Source of the DNA: Acidobacteriota bacterium | GTDB taxonomy: Bacteria; Acidobacteriota; Blastocatellia; RBC074 | Length of the DNA: 64,000 nucleotides | NCBI GenBank assembly: GCA_037439425.1 | Contig: JBBIWA010000014.1 | Location: 29,781-93,780 of the forward strand | Direction of reading: 5' to 3' | Shown here: piece by piece, positions 1-8,258 of the stretch | Position numbering within the stretch: position 1 is the first letter of the stretch | How the letters are laid out: the number at the start of each line of letters is the position of its first letter | The notes under the pieces: generated by a model | What the model saw: the letters and a program-made list of their open reading frames with translations, nothing else | The model's database searches: none | What the model was told of the DNA's origin: nothing | Position numbers and translations under genes: made by a program

Positions 1-869
1 CAGTCGGAAAAGAGGGCATAGTTGGTGCGCAAAAGATTCCGGGTTCGCGCCAGCAGCGCAACGCGCTTTTCCGGTTCAAGCGCAAGCTGCGCAAGCTGAT
101 CGCTGAGCATGCTTGGGGCAATCGTCGTATAGTCACGATAAGACCACAAGTGCCCTGCCACTTCAGCCGGCGCGACGATCCACCCGATGCGCAGCCCGGG
201 CAAGCCATAGGCCTTCGACAGGCCGTTAGTCACGATCACTCGCTCATACCTTCCCCAGAAAGAGGGCGTGAGTTCGCGCTCTCGTTCTGCCCCTTGATAG
301 ACCTCGTCCGCTAACAGCCAGGCTCCGACGCTGGCTGCCATCTCGACGATCGTGCGCATCTCCTGCTGGCTGAGAACGGCGCCAGTCGGATTATTGGGGT
401 TGCAGACTGCAATCAGTCGTGTTTTAGCAGTGACGCTACGCTTCAGCTCCTCAAGGTCTGCTGCCCAGGCTTGCTCCTCGCGCAGGTGGAAAGTGCGCAC
501 CTGGCCGTGAAACCCGCGCGCCAGCCCCCAAACCTGCATATAGTTAGGCACCATCAACACTAACTCATCGTCAGGCTCTACCAGTCCCCAGATCGTGACG
601 AAGTTGGCTTCAGAGGTGCCATTGGTGACCAGGATATTGTCGGGGGTAGCTCCGGCATACATGGCCGCAATGCGTTCGCGCAATGCCACTGTCCCATTGG
701 TCTGACTGTAGCCCAGTCTGGTGTTGGCCAGACGAGCCAGGGTCTCCCAATCGCCGTCAACCAGCTCAGTGCAGCTTAATGGATGAACGCCGCTTTCTGA
801 CAGGTTGTAGTCAACCTTGTGTTCCCACAGAGATTGGGTCCGCTCCAGGGCAAAGGGTTCGATTCTCAT
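1..869 (-). CDS. PLP-dependent aminotransferase, class I/II (partial; C-terminal part lies beyond the window start)
   Basis: Reverse-strand translation from ATG at 867-869 gives MRIEPFALERTQSLWEHKVDYNLSESG...NPNNPTGAV...VIVTNGLSKAYGLPGLRIGWIVAP. This contains the fold-type I aminotransferase lysine loop (SKAYGLPGLRIGW). The ORF runs off position 1. Confidence 0.8.
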   Translation of the reverse strand, partial: MRIEPFALERTQSLWEHKVDYNLSESGVHPLSCTELVDGDWETLARLANTRLGYSQTNGTVALRERIAAMYAGATPDNILVTNGTSEANFVTIWGLVEPDDELVLMVPNYMQVWGLARGFHGQVRTFHLREEQAWAADLEELKRSVTAKTRLIAVCNPNNPTGAVLSQQEMRTIVEMAASVGAWLLADEVYQGAERERELTPSFWGRYERVIVTNGLSKAYGLPGLRIGWIVAPAEVAGHLWSYRDYTTIAPSMLSDQLAQLALEPEKRVALLARTRNLLRTNYALFSD

Positions 870-1024
870 CGTGTCTCTTCACGCGATAATGTCGGGTTAG
901 AGTTAGCTATCAGAATCAGGCACACTAAAGTGCCCCAGCTTACGCCAGGCGAGTGCAGAAAATCAATGAGGCTGGAATGTCAGGCTGAGCGGGTAGCTCT
1001 TCTAGTTATGGGCTAGCCGACGCT

Positions 1025-1267
1025 TCAAGCCGAGAGGACATAGCGTCTGCGCGCTGCGCACCAGAGGTCTTGAAAGACGTAGGCTTGCCCCGTGCGTTGT
1101 GAGAGAGCGCGGCTGATTTTATAGCAATTGTCGAAGGTAGCTGGTTCGAGTGCTCCCAGTTCCAGGTACTCGATGATCTGAAGGTCCAAACCGGCCAACT
1201 CTGCCAACTCTGCTTGAGAGAGACCGGCTGCCTCTCGCTTACGTCGTAGTAATTCGCTTAACTCCAT
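1025..1267 (-). CDS. XRE-family helix-turn-helix transcriptional regulator (80 aa)
   Basis: ORF MELSELLRRKREAAGLSQAELAELAGLDLQIIEYLE has a classic HTH_XRE signature (LSQAELAELAG). An AAGGAG RBS lies upstream. Confidence 0.7.
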   Translation of the reverse strand: MELSELLRRKREAAGLSQAELAELAGLDLQIIEYLELGALEPATFDNCYKISRALSQRTGQAYVFQDLWCAARRRYVLSA

Positions 1268-1637
1268 AGCTCACTCCTTATGTCAACAAGGTGGCTGCTG
1301 ACTTCTCACCTGCCGGGGATCGGGTCAAGCACAGTTTGAAATAAACAGGGATTCCTCATCGAGAGATAGCGAAGTGATGATTAAATTGTCACCCTCCTGA
1401 ATTCGGTTCAGGCAAGCTTGCAGGCGTAGGAGCCAATCGCTTCACTTACAGGTCTATTCTCGGCTCATCCGGTGGGTGACTCACGGCTTGGGGAGCGAAG
1501 ACCCGCTGGGCTTCATCGTCTTCACTGACCATCGCGGCGGCCCGATCAACGGCGTGCCGAACTGGGGCAATAGCTTCATGCCTACGGCCTATCCAGGCAC
1601 GCCCTTCCGCTCACTCCACATCCGGCGAGCAGCACTC

Positions 1638-1758
1638 CCTGGGTACGCACGCTTCCAGCGTGCTTGATTGCCTGGGACCGCCTCCTTTTCATCAACCCCG
1701 CAAAGATGCTTAAGTTCGAGTCCTCTTCCAGCGTGCTTGATTGCCTGGGACCGCCTCC
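1638..1758. repeat. REP/BIME-like hairpin repeat: two direct copies of a 34-bp unit (1652-1685 and 1725-1758) containing GCACGC..GCGTGC stems
   Basis: The unit cttccagcgtgcttgattgcctgggaccgcctcc is exactly repeated about 40 bp apart. The 5' part, cctgggtacgcacgcttccagcgtgct, recurs in inverted orientation at 2649-2675. Confidence 0.7.
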
Positions 1759-1978
1759 CTTCTCCTGGCTATGTGTGTGGCTGATCAAGCCGATGAGCAA
1801 GTACGCCACTGCTGGCAGCTCGTCCCACTGCATTAGCATCCAGACGATGACACAGGCTTGGGCGGCAGCGAACGACCCGCTCCCGGCCGGCCACTGCCCG
1901 CAAGAGCGGCCGATTACCCAGCAGGCATTGCTCGAATATTGTTTGACCGTTGTGCGATAATGCGATTGTAGGCGTGGT

Positions 1979-2561
1979 GGGCGCACATCTTTATTGTAGG
2001 GTGAAAAAGCAGTAAGGATCGGTGGTGAGCCCCGGAGGGGGCCTCAGATGATAGCGAGTCTGAGCCAGGGCGGGTGGGCCCAGGTCTGTAGAGCCTATTT
2101 ATAGAGCTCCAGCGCAGGAGTTTCTAGCTCCGTTAGGAGCGGCCTGTTTATAGCACGCAGCATTACACCTTTTTCAGCTCCGTTATGAGCGGCCTGTTTA
2201 TAGCAGGCGGCATCGCACGTTTTTCAGCTCCGTTATGAGCGGCCTATCTATAGCGATTCAGCTACGGATAGGAGCGAGCAGTCTAGAGCGACGTGATGCG
2301 GAAAGTTTTCAGCTCCGTTAGGAGCGGCCTGTTTATAGCAGGCAGCATTACACGTTTTTCAGCTGCGGTCAGGAGCGAGCTATGAGCAGCAATTGATAGG
2401 TCGCTCCTAAGCGCAGCTAGGCTTACTTTTCTTCACTGCTTGCTATAGACAGCTCGCCCCGGCTGGGGCTGGTGGGCGAGAGCTTCCTCTCCTCCGGCGC
2501 CCCTAGCGGGGCCAAGGCTTCAACCGATCTTCTTTTGACCCTACAATCGTGACGTGCACCC
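1979..2561. mobile_element. MITE-like non-autonomous element, copy 1 (583 bp): terminal inverted repeats plus a nested tandem-repeat insertion
   Basis: Left end is GGGCGCACATCtttattgtagggtgaaaaag and right end is cttttgaccctacaatcgtGACGTGCACCC, an 11-bp TIR (GGGTGCACGTC consensus) with subterminal attgtagggt/accctacaat. Flanked by near-identical 9-bp direct repeats aggcgtggt / aggcgcggt. No transposase ORF is present. Confidence 0.6.
2107..2420. repeat. Tandem array (about 5 units of 50-85 bp) of hairpin-forming units (consensus gtttttcagctccgttaggagcggcctgtttatagcaggcagcattacac) nested inside MITE copy 1
   Basis: The units are directly visible. Each contains the palindrome gctccgttaggagc. 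The terminal unit forms a long imperfect hairpin (gctgcggtcaggagcgagctat...ataggtcgctcctaagcgcagc). Confidence 0.65.
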
Positions 2562-2648
2562 AGGCGCGGTTCGAGTCTTTTATGACCCTAGACTTTGCTG
2601 TACCATATCTTGACCGGTGCAGAAACTAATAGCCTGCGCTCCCAGAAA

Positions 2649-2675
2649 AGCACGCTGGAAGCGTGCGTACCCAGG
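2649..2675. repeat. Inverted copy of the REP-like unit (agcacgctggaagcgtgcgtacccagg)
   Basis: Reverse complement of 1638-1664. Together the two copies bracket the MITE at 1979-2561. Confidence 0.7.
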
Positions 2676-2751
2676 AGCTGTTTGATTCGTACACACTCTC
2701 AATTGATTCTTCACTTTCTCTGTACCGCTTCGTAGCGATCTCAGGAGAGAC

Positions 2752-4198
2752 TATGAACCCAACTGTTCCCCCTTTCTTCACCGCTTTGAAAGCGCCCCTA
2801 TGGCTTGTGCTGGTCGTGCTGATGGGCGCTTGTGCCATCACTTCTGAGTCCACCTCACCCTCAGGAACTCCATCCACCAAAGATATGTCTGAAGCCAAAC
2901 TAATCACCCTCGACCCTGGTCACTTCCACGCCGCGCTGATTCAGAAAGAGATGTATCCTGGCCTGTCAAAAAGAGTATCAGTCTATGCGCCGCTGGGATC
3001 AGACCTGATTGCGCATTTGAACCGCATCGCGCTCTTCAATACGCGCCAAGATAACCCGACCGCCTGGGAGCTGGAAGTCCACACTGGCCCGGATTTCATG
3101 GAGCGAATGCTGAAAGAACGGCCCGGCAATGTCGTGGTCATTTCGGGTCGCAATCGCGGCAAGATTGACCGGATCAAAGCCTCGGTCGAAGCCGGCTTGA
3201 ACGTGCTGGCCGACAAGCCGTGGATCATCTCGGCGGCTGATTTTGCGACTCTGGAAGCGGCGCTCAAGCTGGCTGAACAAAAAGGTTTGATCGCTTACGA
3301 TATTATGACTGAGCGCTACGAGATTGCCACGATGATTCAGAAAGAGTTGATTCACGACCCGGATACCTTTGGCACGATTCTTCAAGGCACGGAAACAGAG
3401 CCAGCCGTGCAACTGGAAAGCGTGCATCACCTGATGAAGATGGTGGCAGGTGCGCCGAACATTCGCCCGGCCTGGTTTTTTGACATCGAACAGCAAGGTG
3501 AAGGCTTGTCCGACGTGACGACGCACCTGGTTGACCTGGTCCAGTGGAAGCTCTTTCCCGAACAGGCGATTGATTATCACAAAGAGATCAACGTGCTTTC
3601 AGCCAGGCGCTGGCCGACAGCCATCACCAGAGCCGAGTTCAAGCGCGTGACCAATACGGATGATTTCCCTGCTTATCTCTCACCCTATGTGAAAGGCGAT
3701 CGGCTTGAGTATTACTGCAATGGCACGGTCAATTACACACTGCGCGGTATTCACACTCAGGTGACCGTAAAATGGAACTACGAAGCGCCTGAAGGTGGCG
3801 GAGACACACACTATGCGGTCTTCAAAGGGAGCAAAGCACGCCTCGAAGTAAGACAGGGGAAAGAGCAAAAGTACCGGCCCGAACTCTACGTAGTGCCGAA
3901 TAATCCAGCTTCGACCAAGGAGCTTCTCATAGCTTTGAAGAAGAAGATCGCATCGTTGCAGTCGAAGTACCCTGGTATCGGCATCGCCGATCTAGGGCAG
4001 GAGATTCACGTCACGATCCCTGATCAATATTATGTCGGTCACGAAGCGCATTTTGCGCAGGTGACGAGCAAATTCCTGGACTATCTGCGCCATCGCGAAA
4101 CGCTGCCAGCCTGGGAGAATGCCAATATGCTGGCCAAATATTTCGTCACCACGAGAGCCGTGGAGCTAAGCCGGCAGACAGCAAGCTCCGGCAGGTGA
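2752..4198 (+). CDS. Putative secreted/lipoprotein oxidoreductase, Gfo/Idh/MocA-like with an oxidoreductase C-terminal domain
   Basis: The ORF (frame of 2663-4198) uses the internal start MNPTVPPFF. It has a signal/lipobox-like LMGAC, then [12 protein letters not shown]...[26 protein letters not shown] before the ATG at 2752. The family assignment is by recollection of the Oxidoreduct_C-type proteins. Confidence 0.55.
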
Positions 4199-4399
4199 CT
4201 TGGAGCGGCTGCAGATCAGCCGCACGTAGAATCTCACTTTCGGGTGACGAACGTGCCGGGCGGTTGCCAGGACAAAACCCACCTGGCCGGTGGCCTTGCC
4301 CCTCAGCGAAGCGATCAAGTAAGCTTGTAACGCAGAGGTTGCAGCCGGGCAGTGGCACCCTGATCAGAAGAGATCGTGTTGAAGGAAAGGATAGCCCCC

Positions 4400-6466
4400 A
4401 TGATCCAGCGGTCAATTCTGTTTCTCATCTTAATCGTTTCTCTGGCCTTCGCTGCCGACCGCCACCGCCGTGTGCCGACGGTTGACGACCTGCTGCTAGT
4501 CAAATCCATCGGCAGCGCGAACATCTCACCTGATGGCCAATGGGTCGCCTATACTGTGACCGAAACCGACTTTAAGCAAGATGCCTTCGTCACGCACATC
4601 TGGCTCGCCGACACACAAACAGGCCGCACCTTTCAACTCACGCGCGGCGAGAAATCCTGCACCAACCCACAATGGTCGCCTGCCAATGATCAAGGCCAAT
4701 GGCTCGCTTTCACAAGCAGCCGCGCTGGCGATAAGGATCAAATCTTTGTGATCCGGCCTGACGGTGGCGAGGCCAGGCAGTTGACCAAAACTGAAAACGG
4801 CGTAAGCAGCTTCGCCTGGTCGCACGATGGCAAAAGCATCGCCTTTACGGCTACTGAACCGACATCGCAGGCGATGAGGGAGCGCAAAGAGTATTTGGGC
4901 GATTACGAGGTTGTGCGCAAGGAATATAAACACGCGCACCTCTGGACGATCGAGCTGGCTGAAGCATTGAAAGAGCCAATCGTTGGGACGCAACGCACTA
5001 AAGGCACAGATCTCCATGTCAGCTCCTTCTCCTGGTCGCCCGACGGAAGGCGAATTGCTTTCAGCGCCACGATCAATCCCGATCTGATCAATAGCGGCAC
5101 GGCAGAGATATACCTGCTGAATTTGGCTGACAACTCGGTCCAGAAGATCGTTTCTCAACCTGGGCCGGACAACAACCCGCGCTGGTCGCCCGATGGCAAG
5201 CAGCTTATCTTTTCATCGGCGATGGGCAATCCGAAATACTATTACAGCAACTTGCGGCTGGCCGTGGTTCCGGTTGAAGGCGGCACGCCGCGTTCAATCA
5301 CGGATGGCTTCGATGAGCGACCTGGCTTCGTCGAATGGAATGCCGATGGGATCTATTTTTCGGGACTGCAAAAGACCGCTTCGCACCTCTTCCGCACCGA
5401 TGTGGCCAGCGGGCGCATCGTGCGCATCACGAGCCCTGATGATCTGATGGCCGGATCGTTCTCCTTCACGAAAGACGGAAAACAGATCGCTTTCATTGCT
5501 GCCTCGCCGACCTCACTGGGCGAGCTCTTCATCTCGCCGGTTTCAAACTTCGCGCCGCGCAAACTGACCGCGATGACCGATCAGGTCAAGGACTTTATCC
5601 TCGGCACACGCGAAGTCATTGCCTGGAAGAGTCGAGATGGAACGATCATCGAAGGGGTCTTGATCAAACCTGCCGACTTCGATCCATCGAAGAAATATCC
5701 GTTGCTGTGCATCATTCACGGCGGGCCAACAGGCATTGATCGCCCCACGCTGCTCGATGCGCGTTACTATCCGGTGGATATATGGGCTGGACGCGGCGCG
5801 CTGATTTTGAAGGTCAACTATCGCGGCAGCGCAGGCTACGGCGAAAGGTTCCGCCAGCTCAACTTCCGCAACCTCGGCATCGGCGATGCCTGGGATGTGC
5901 TCTCAGGCGTGGACTATTTGATCAGCAAGGGCTGGGTGGACCCGCAGCGAGTAGGTTGCATGGGCTGGAGCCAAGGCGGCTACATTTCAGCTTTTCTGAC
6001 GACTGCGAGCGATCGCTTCGCAGCCATTTCGGTCGGCGCGGGGATCTCAAACTGGGCGACCTACTACTACAACACCGATATCACGCCTTTCACGATTCAA
6101 TATCTCGGTGATGATCCGGTCGATGATCCTGAGATTTATCAAAAGACTTCGCCGATGTCCTACATCAAAAGAGCGCGCACACCGACTTTGATTCAGCACG
6201 GCGAATTTGACAGGCGCGTGCCGATTCCCAATGCTTATGAGTTGCGGCAGGGTCTGGAAGATCGCGGCGTGAAGGTTGAGATGATCGTCTATAAAGGCTA
6301 CGGCCACGGCATCACCAAACCTAAGTCCATGCGTGCGGTGATGCAGCACAATCTCGCGTGGTTCAATCATTACATCTTGGGCGATCCGCCGCCGGACTTC
6401 ACCAAGCCGGAATTACCGAAGAAAGAAAGCAAGGAAAAAGGGAAGGAAGTGGCTGGCAACCGATGA
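4400..6466 (+). CDS. S9 family serine peptidase (prolyl oligopeptidase/acylaminoacyl-peptidase type) with an N-terminal TolB-like beta-propeller
   Basis: Signal peptide, repeated WSPDG propeller motifs, a C-terminal alpha/beta-hydrolase with catalytic GWSQGG (GxSxGG) and a Y..GHG segment consistent with the catalytic His region. RBS GAAGGAAAGG before the ATG at 4400. Confidence 0.85.
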   Translation: MIQRSILFLILIVSLAFAADRHRRVPTVDDLLLVKSIGSANISPDGQWVAYTVTETDFKQDAFVTHIWLADTQTGRTFQLTRGEKSCTNPQWSPANDQGQWLAFTSSRAGDKDQIFVIRPDGGEARQLTKTENGVSSFAWSHDGKSIAFTATEPTSQAMRERKEYLGDYEVVRKEYKHAHLWTIELAEALKEPIVGTQRTKGTDLHVSSFSWSPDGRRIAFSATINPDLINSGTAEIYLLNLADNSVQKIVSQPGPDNNPRWSPDGKQLIFSSAMGNPKYYYSNLRLAVVPVEGGTPRSITDGFDERPGFVEWNADGIYFSGLQKTASHLFRTDVASGRIVRITSPDDLMAGSFSFTKDGKQIAFIAASPTSLGELFISPVSNFAPRKLTAMTDQVKDFILGTREVIAWKSRDGTIIEGVLIKPADFDPSKKYPLLCIIHGGPTGIDRPTLLDARYYPVDIWAGRGALILKVNYRGSAGYGERFRQLNFRNLGIGDAWDVLSGVDYLISKGWVDPQRVGCMGWSQGGYISAFLTTASDRFAAISVGAGISNWATYYYNTDITPFTIQYLGDDPVDDPEIYQKTSPMSYIKRARTPTLIQHGEFDRRVPIPNAYELRQGLEDRGVKVEMIVYKGYGHGITKPKSMRAVMQHNLAWFNHYILGDPPPDFTKPELPKKESKEKGKEVAGNR

Positions 6467-6471
6467 AGATC

Positions 6472-6530
6472 AACCACGAAGATCACGAAGACCATTTCCG
6501 CTCTTTGCGCGCTTCGGGTTCTTCGTGGTT
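6472..6530 (+). terminator. Stem-loop AACCACGAAGATCACGAAG...CTTCGTGGTT followed by ATTTT. Probable intrinsic terminator and member of a repeated hairpin family.
   Basis: The inverted repeat is visible. It lies in the 86-bp gap after the peptidase stop. A homologous element lies at 12854-12923. Confidence 0.5.
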
Positions 6531-6552
6531 ATTTTCCTAAGGAGATTTTCCT

Positions 6553-8184
6553 ATGACGACGATGATGAACACTCCGTTAACGATGCCAGTATTGATGGAT
6601 CGCGGGCCACTGCTGGCGCCCGAAGTTGAGATCGTCTCGAAGATGCGCGATCGGATCCACCGCTACACTTACGCTGAGTTGGGCCAGCGCGCGCGGCAAC
6701 TGGCCAAGGCGCTGACTAAACTCGGCGTCAAACAAGGCGACCGCGTGGCAACCTTTGCCTGGAACAGCTACCGGCATCTGGAGATCTATTACGCCGTGCC
6801 GTGCATGGGCGCGGTGCTGCATACGCTCAACCTCCGGCTCTCGGTCAGCGATCTCGAATACATCATCAATCACGCTGAAGATTCGGTCATCTGCGTGGAT
6901 CAAGAGCTGCTGCCGCTGCTGGAGAAGCTGGCCGGAAAGATTCCCACCGTCAAGCATTACATCGTGATGAGCGAGACAGAAGATTTTCAGACCAGCCTGG
7001 CTCCGGCGCACAGCTATGAAGCGTTGCTGGCAGCAGAGAAGCCTGATTTCACCTGGCCCACACTTGATGAGAATGCGCCGATGGGTTTGTGCTACACCAG
7101 CGGCACGACCGGCCACCCCAAGGGCGTGATGTATACGCATCGCTCGAACTATCTGCACACAGTCAGCTCCTCACTGCCCGATGCCTTGGGGCTGAGCCGC
7201 CACGACACGGTGATGGCTGTGGTGCCGATGTTTCATGCTAACGCCTGGGGCTTACCTTACATCTGCTGTATGAACGGCATCAAGCAGGTCTTCCCTGGCC
7301 CGACGATGGATGGAGCTTCGGTCTGTCAACTGCTGCAAGACGAAAAAGTCACCTTCACGGCAGGCGTGCCCACGATCTGGTTGGGGGCGATGGCCGAGTT
7401 GCAAGCCAACCCTGGCAAGTATGATATCTCGAGTTTGCGCGCGATGCTGTGTGGCGGTTCGGCTCCACCACGCCCCATGATCGATTGGTTTGAGACCAAT
7501 CTTGGCATCGAGTTCATTCACGCCTGGGGCATGACCGAAACCAGCCCTCTGGGCTGCGTCAATCACCTCAAACCGAAGATGAAAGACTGGCCTCACGAGA
7601 AGAAGCTGGATGTCAAACAGCGCGCCGGCATCGTCGCCCCTGGCCTTGAGATTCGCATCGTAGATGATGCCGGCAATGAGGTGCCGCACGATGGCACCAC
7701 CATGGGGCGCTTGCTGATTCGCGGCCCGTGGATCGCCAGCGCCTACTATAAAGACCCGGCGCCGGAGAAGTTCCCTGACGGATGGCTCGACACAGGTGAC
7801 ATCGCTACGCTCGATGCAGAGGGCTATATGGCAATTGCCGACCGCTCGAAGGACCTGGTCAAAAGCGGCGGCGAGTGGATCTCGTCAGTGGACCTGGAGA
7901 ACGCTATTATGGCCATCCCCGGCGTAGCTGAAGCTGCGGTCATTGCAGTCCATCATCCGAAATGGCAAGAGCGCCCGCTCGCCTGCGTCGTTCTCAAGCC
8001 GGGAGCCAGTGTGACCAAGCAGCAAATCCTCGATCACCTGGCCGGCCAATTCGCCAAGTGGTGGCTGCCTGATGATGTAGTCTTCATTGACGCGATCCCG
8101 AAGACCAGTGTCGGCAAGTTCGACAAGAAACTGCTGCGCCAACAATACGCCGATTACAAGCTGCCCACAGCCGCGGGAGCTTGA
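6553..8184 (+). CDS. AMP-dependent synthetase/ligase (long-chain or medium-chain fatty-acid--CoA ligase)
   Basis: AMP-binding motif [25 protein letters not shown] and a C-terminal K in [21 protein letters not shown]. Confidence 0.9.
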   Translation: MTTMMNTPLTMPVLMDRGPLLAPEVEIVSKMRDRIHRYTYAELGQRARQLAKALTKLGVKQGDRVATFAWNSYRHLEIYYAVPCMGAVLHTLNLRLSVSDLEYIINHAEDSVICVDQELLPLLEKLAGKIPTVKHYIVMSETEDFQTSLAPAHSYEALLAAEKPDFTWPTLDENAPMGLCYTSGTTGHPKGVMYTHRSNYLHTVSSSLPDALGLSRHDTVMAVVPMFHANAWGLPYICCMNGIKQVFPGPTMDGASVCQLLQDEKVTFTAGVPTIWLGAMAELQANPGKYDISSLRAMLCGGSAPPRPMIDWFETNLGIEFIHAWGMTETSPLGCVNHLKPKMKDWPHEKKLDVKQRAGIVAPGLEIRIVDDAGNEVPHDGTTMGRLLIRGPWIASAYYKDPAPEKFPDGWLDTGDIATLDAEGYMAIADRSKDLVKSGGEWISSVDLENAIMAIPGVAEAAVIAVHHPKWQERPLACVVLKPGASVTKQQILDHLAGQFAKWWLPDDVVFIDAIPKTSVGKFDKKLLRQQYADYKLPTAAGA

Positions 8185-8258
8185 ACCCTGGTGGTTCTAC
8201 GGGCGTGTTTCGCTACGCAAGCCCTGCGGCGAGACACGCCCGTTGCCAGCAGTGCGCT

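Noticed and set aside
1476-1986. ORFs of 63, 98 and 134 aa overlapping the REP copies and the MITE left end
   Set aside because: They traverse repeat elements present elsewhere in non-coding contexts and show no RBS or domain signal. They are most likely non-coding.
2107-2420. Possible CRISPR array (regularly spaced repeats containing a palindrome)
   Set aside because: The variable segments between conserved cores are only about 15 nt and are nearly identical to each other. Unit lengths vary from 50 to 85 bp. No cas genes or leader are present. The same module recurs at 17911-18150. It behaves as a tandem structured repeat, not a repeat-spacer array.
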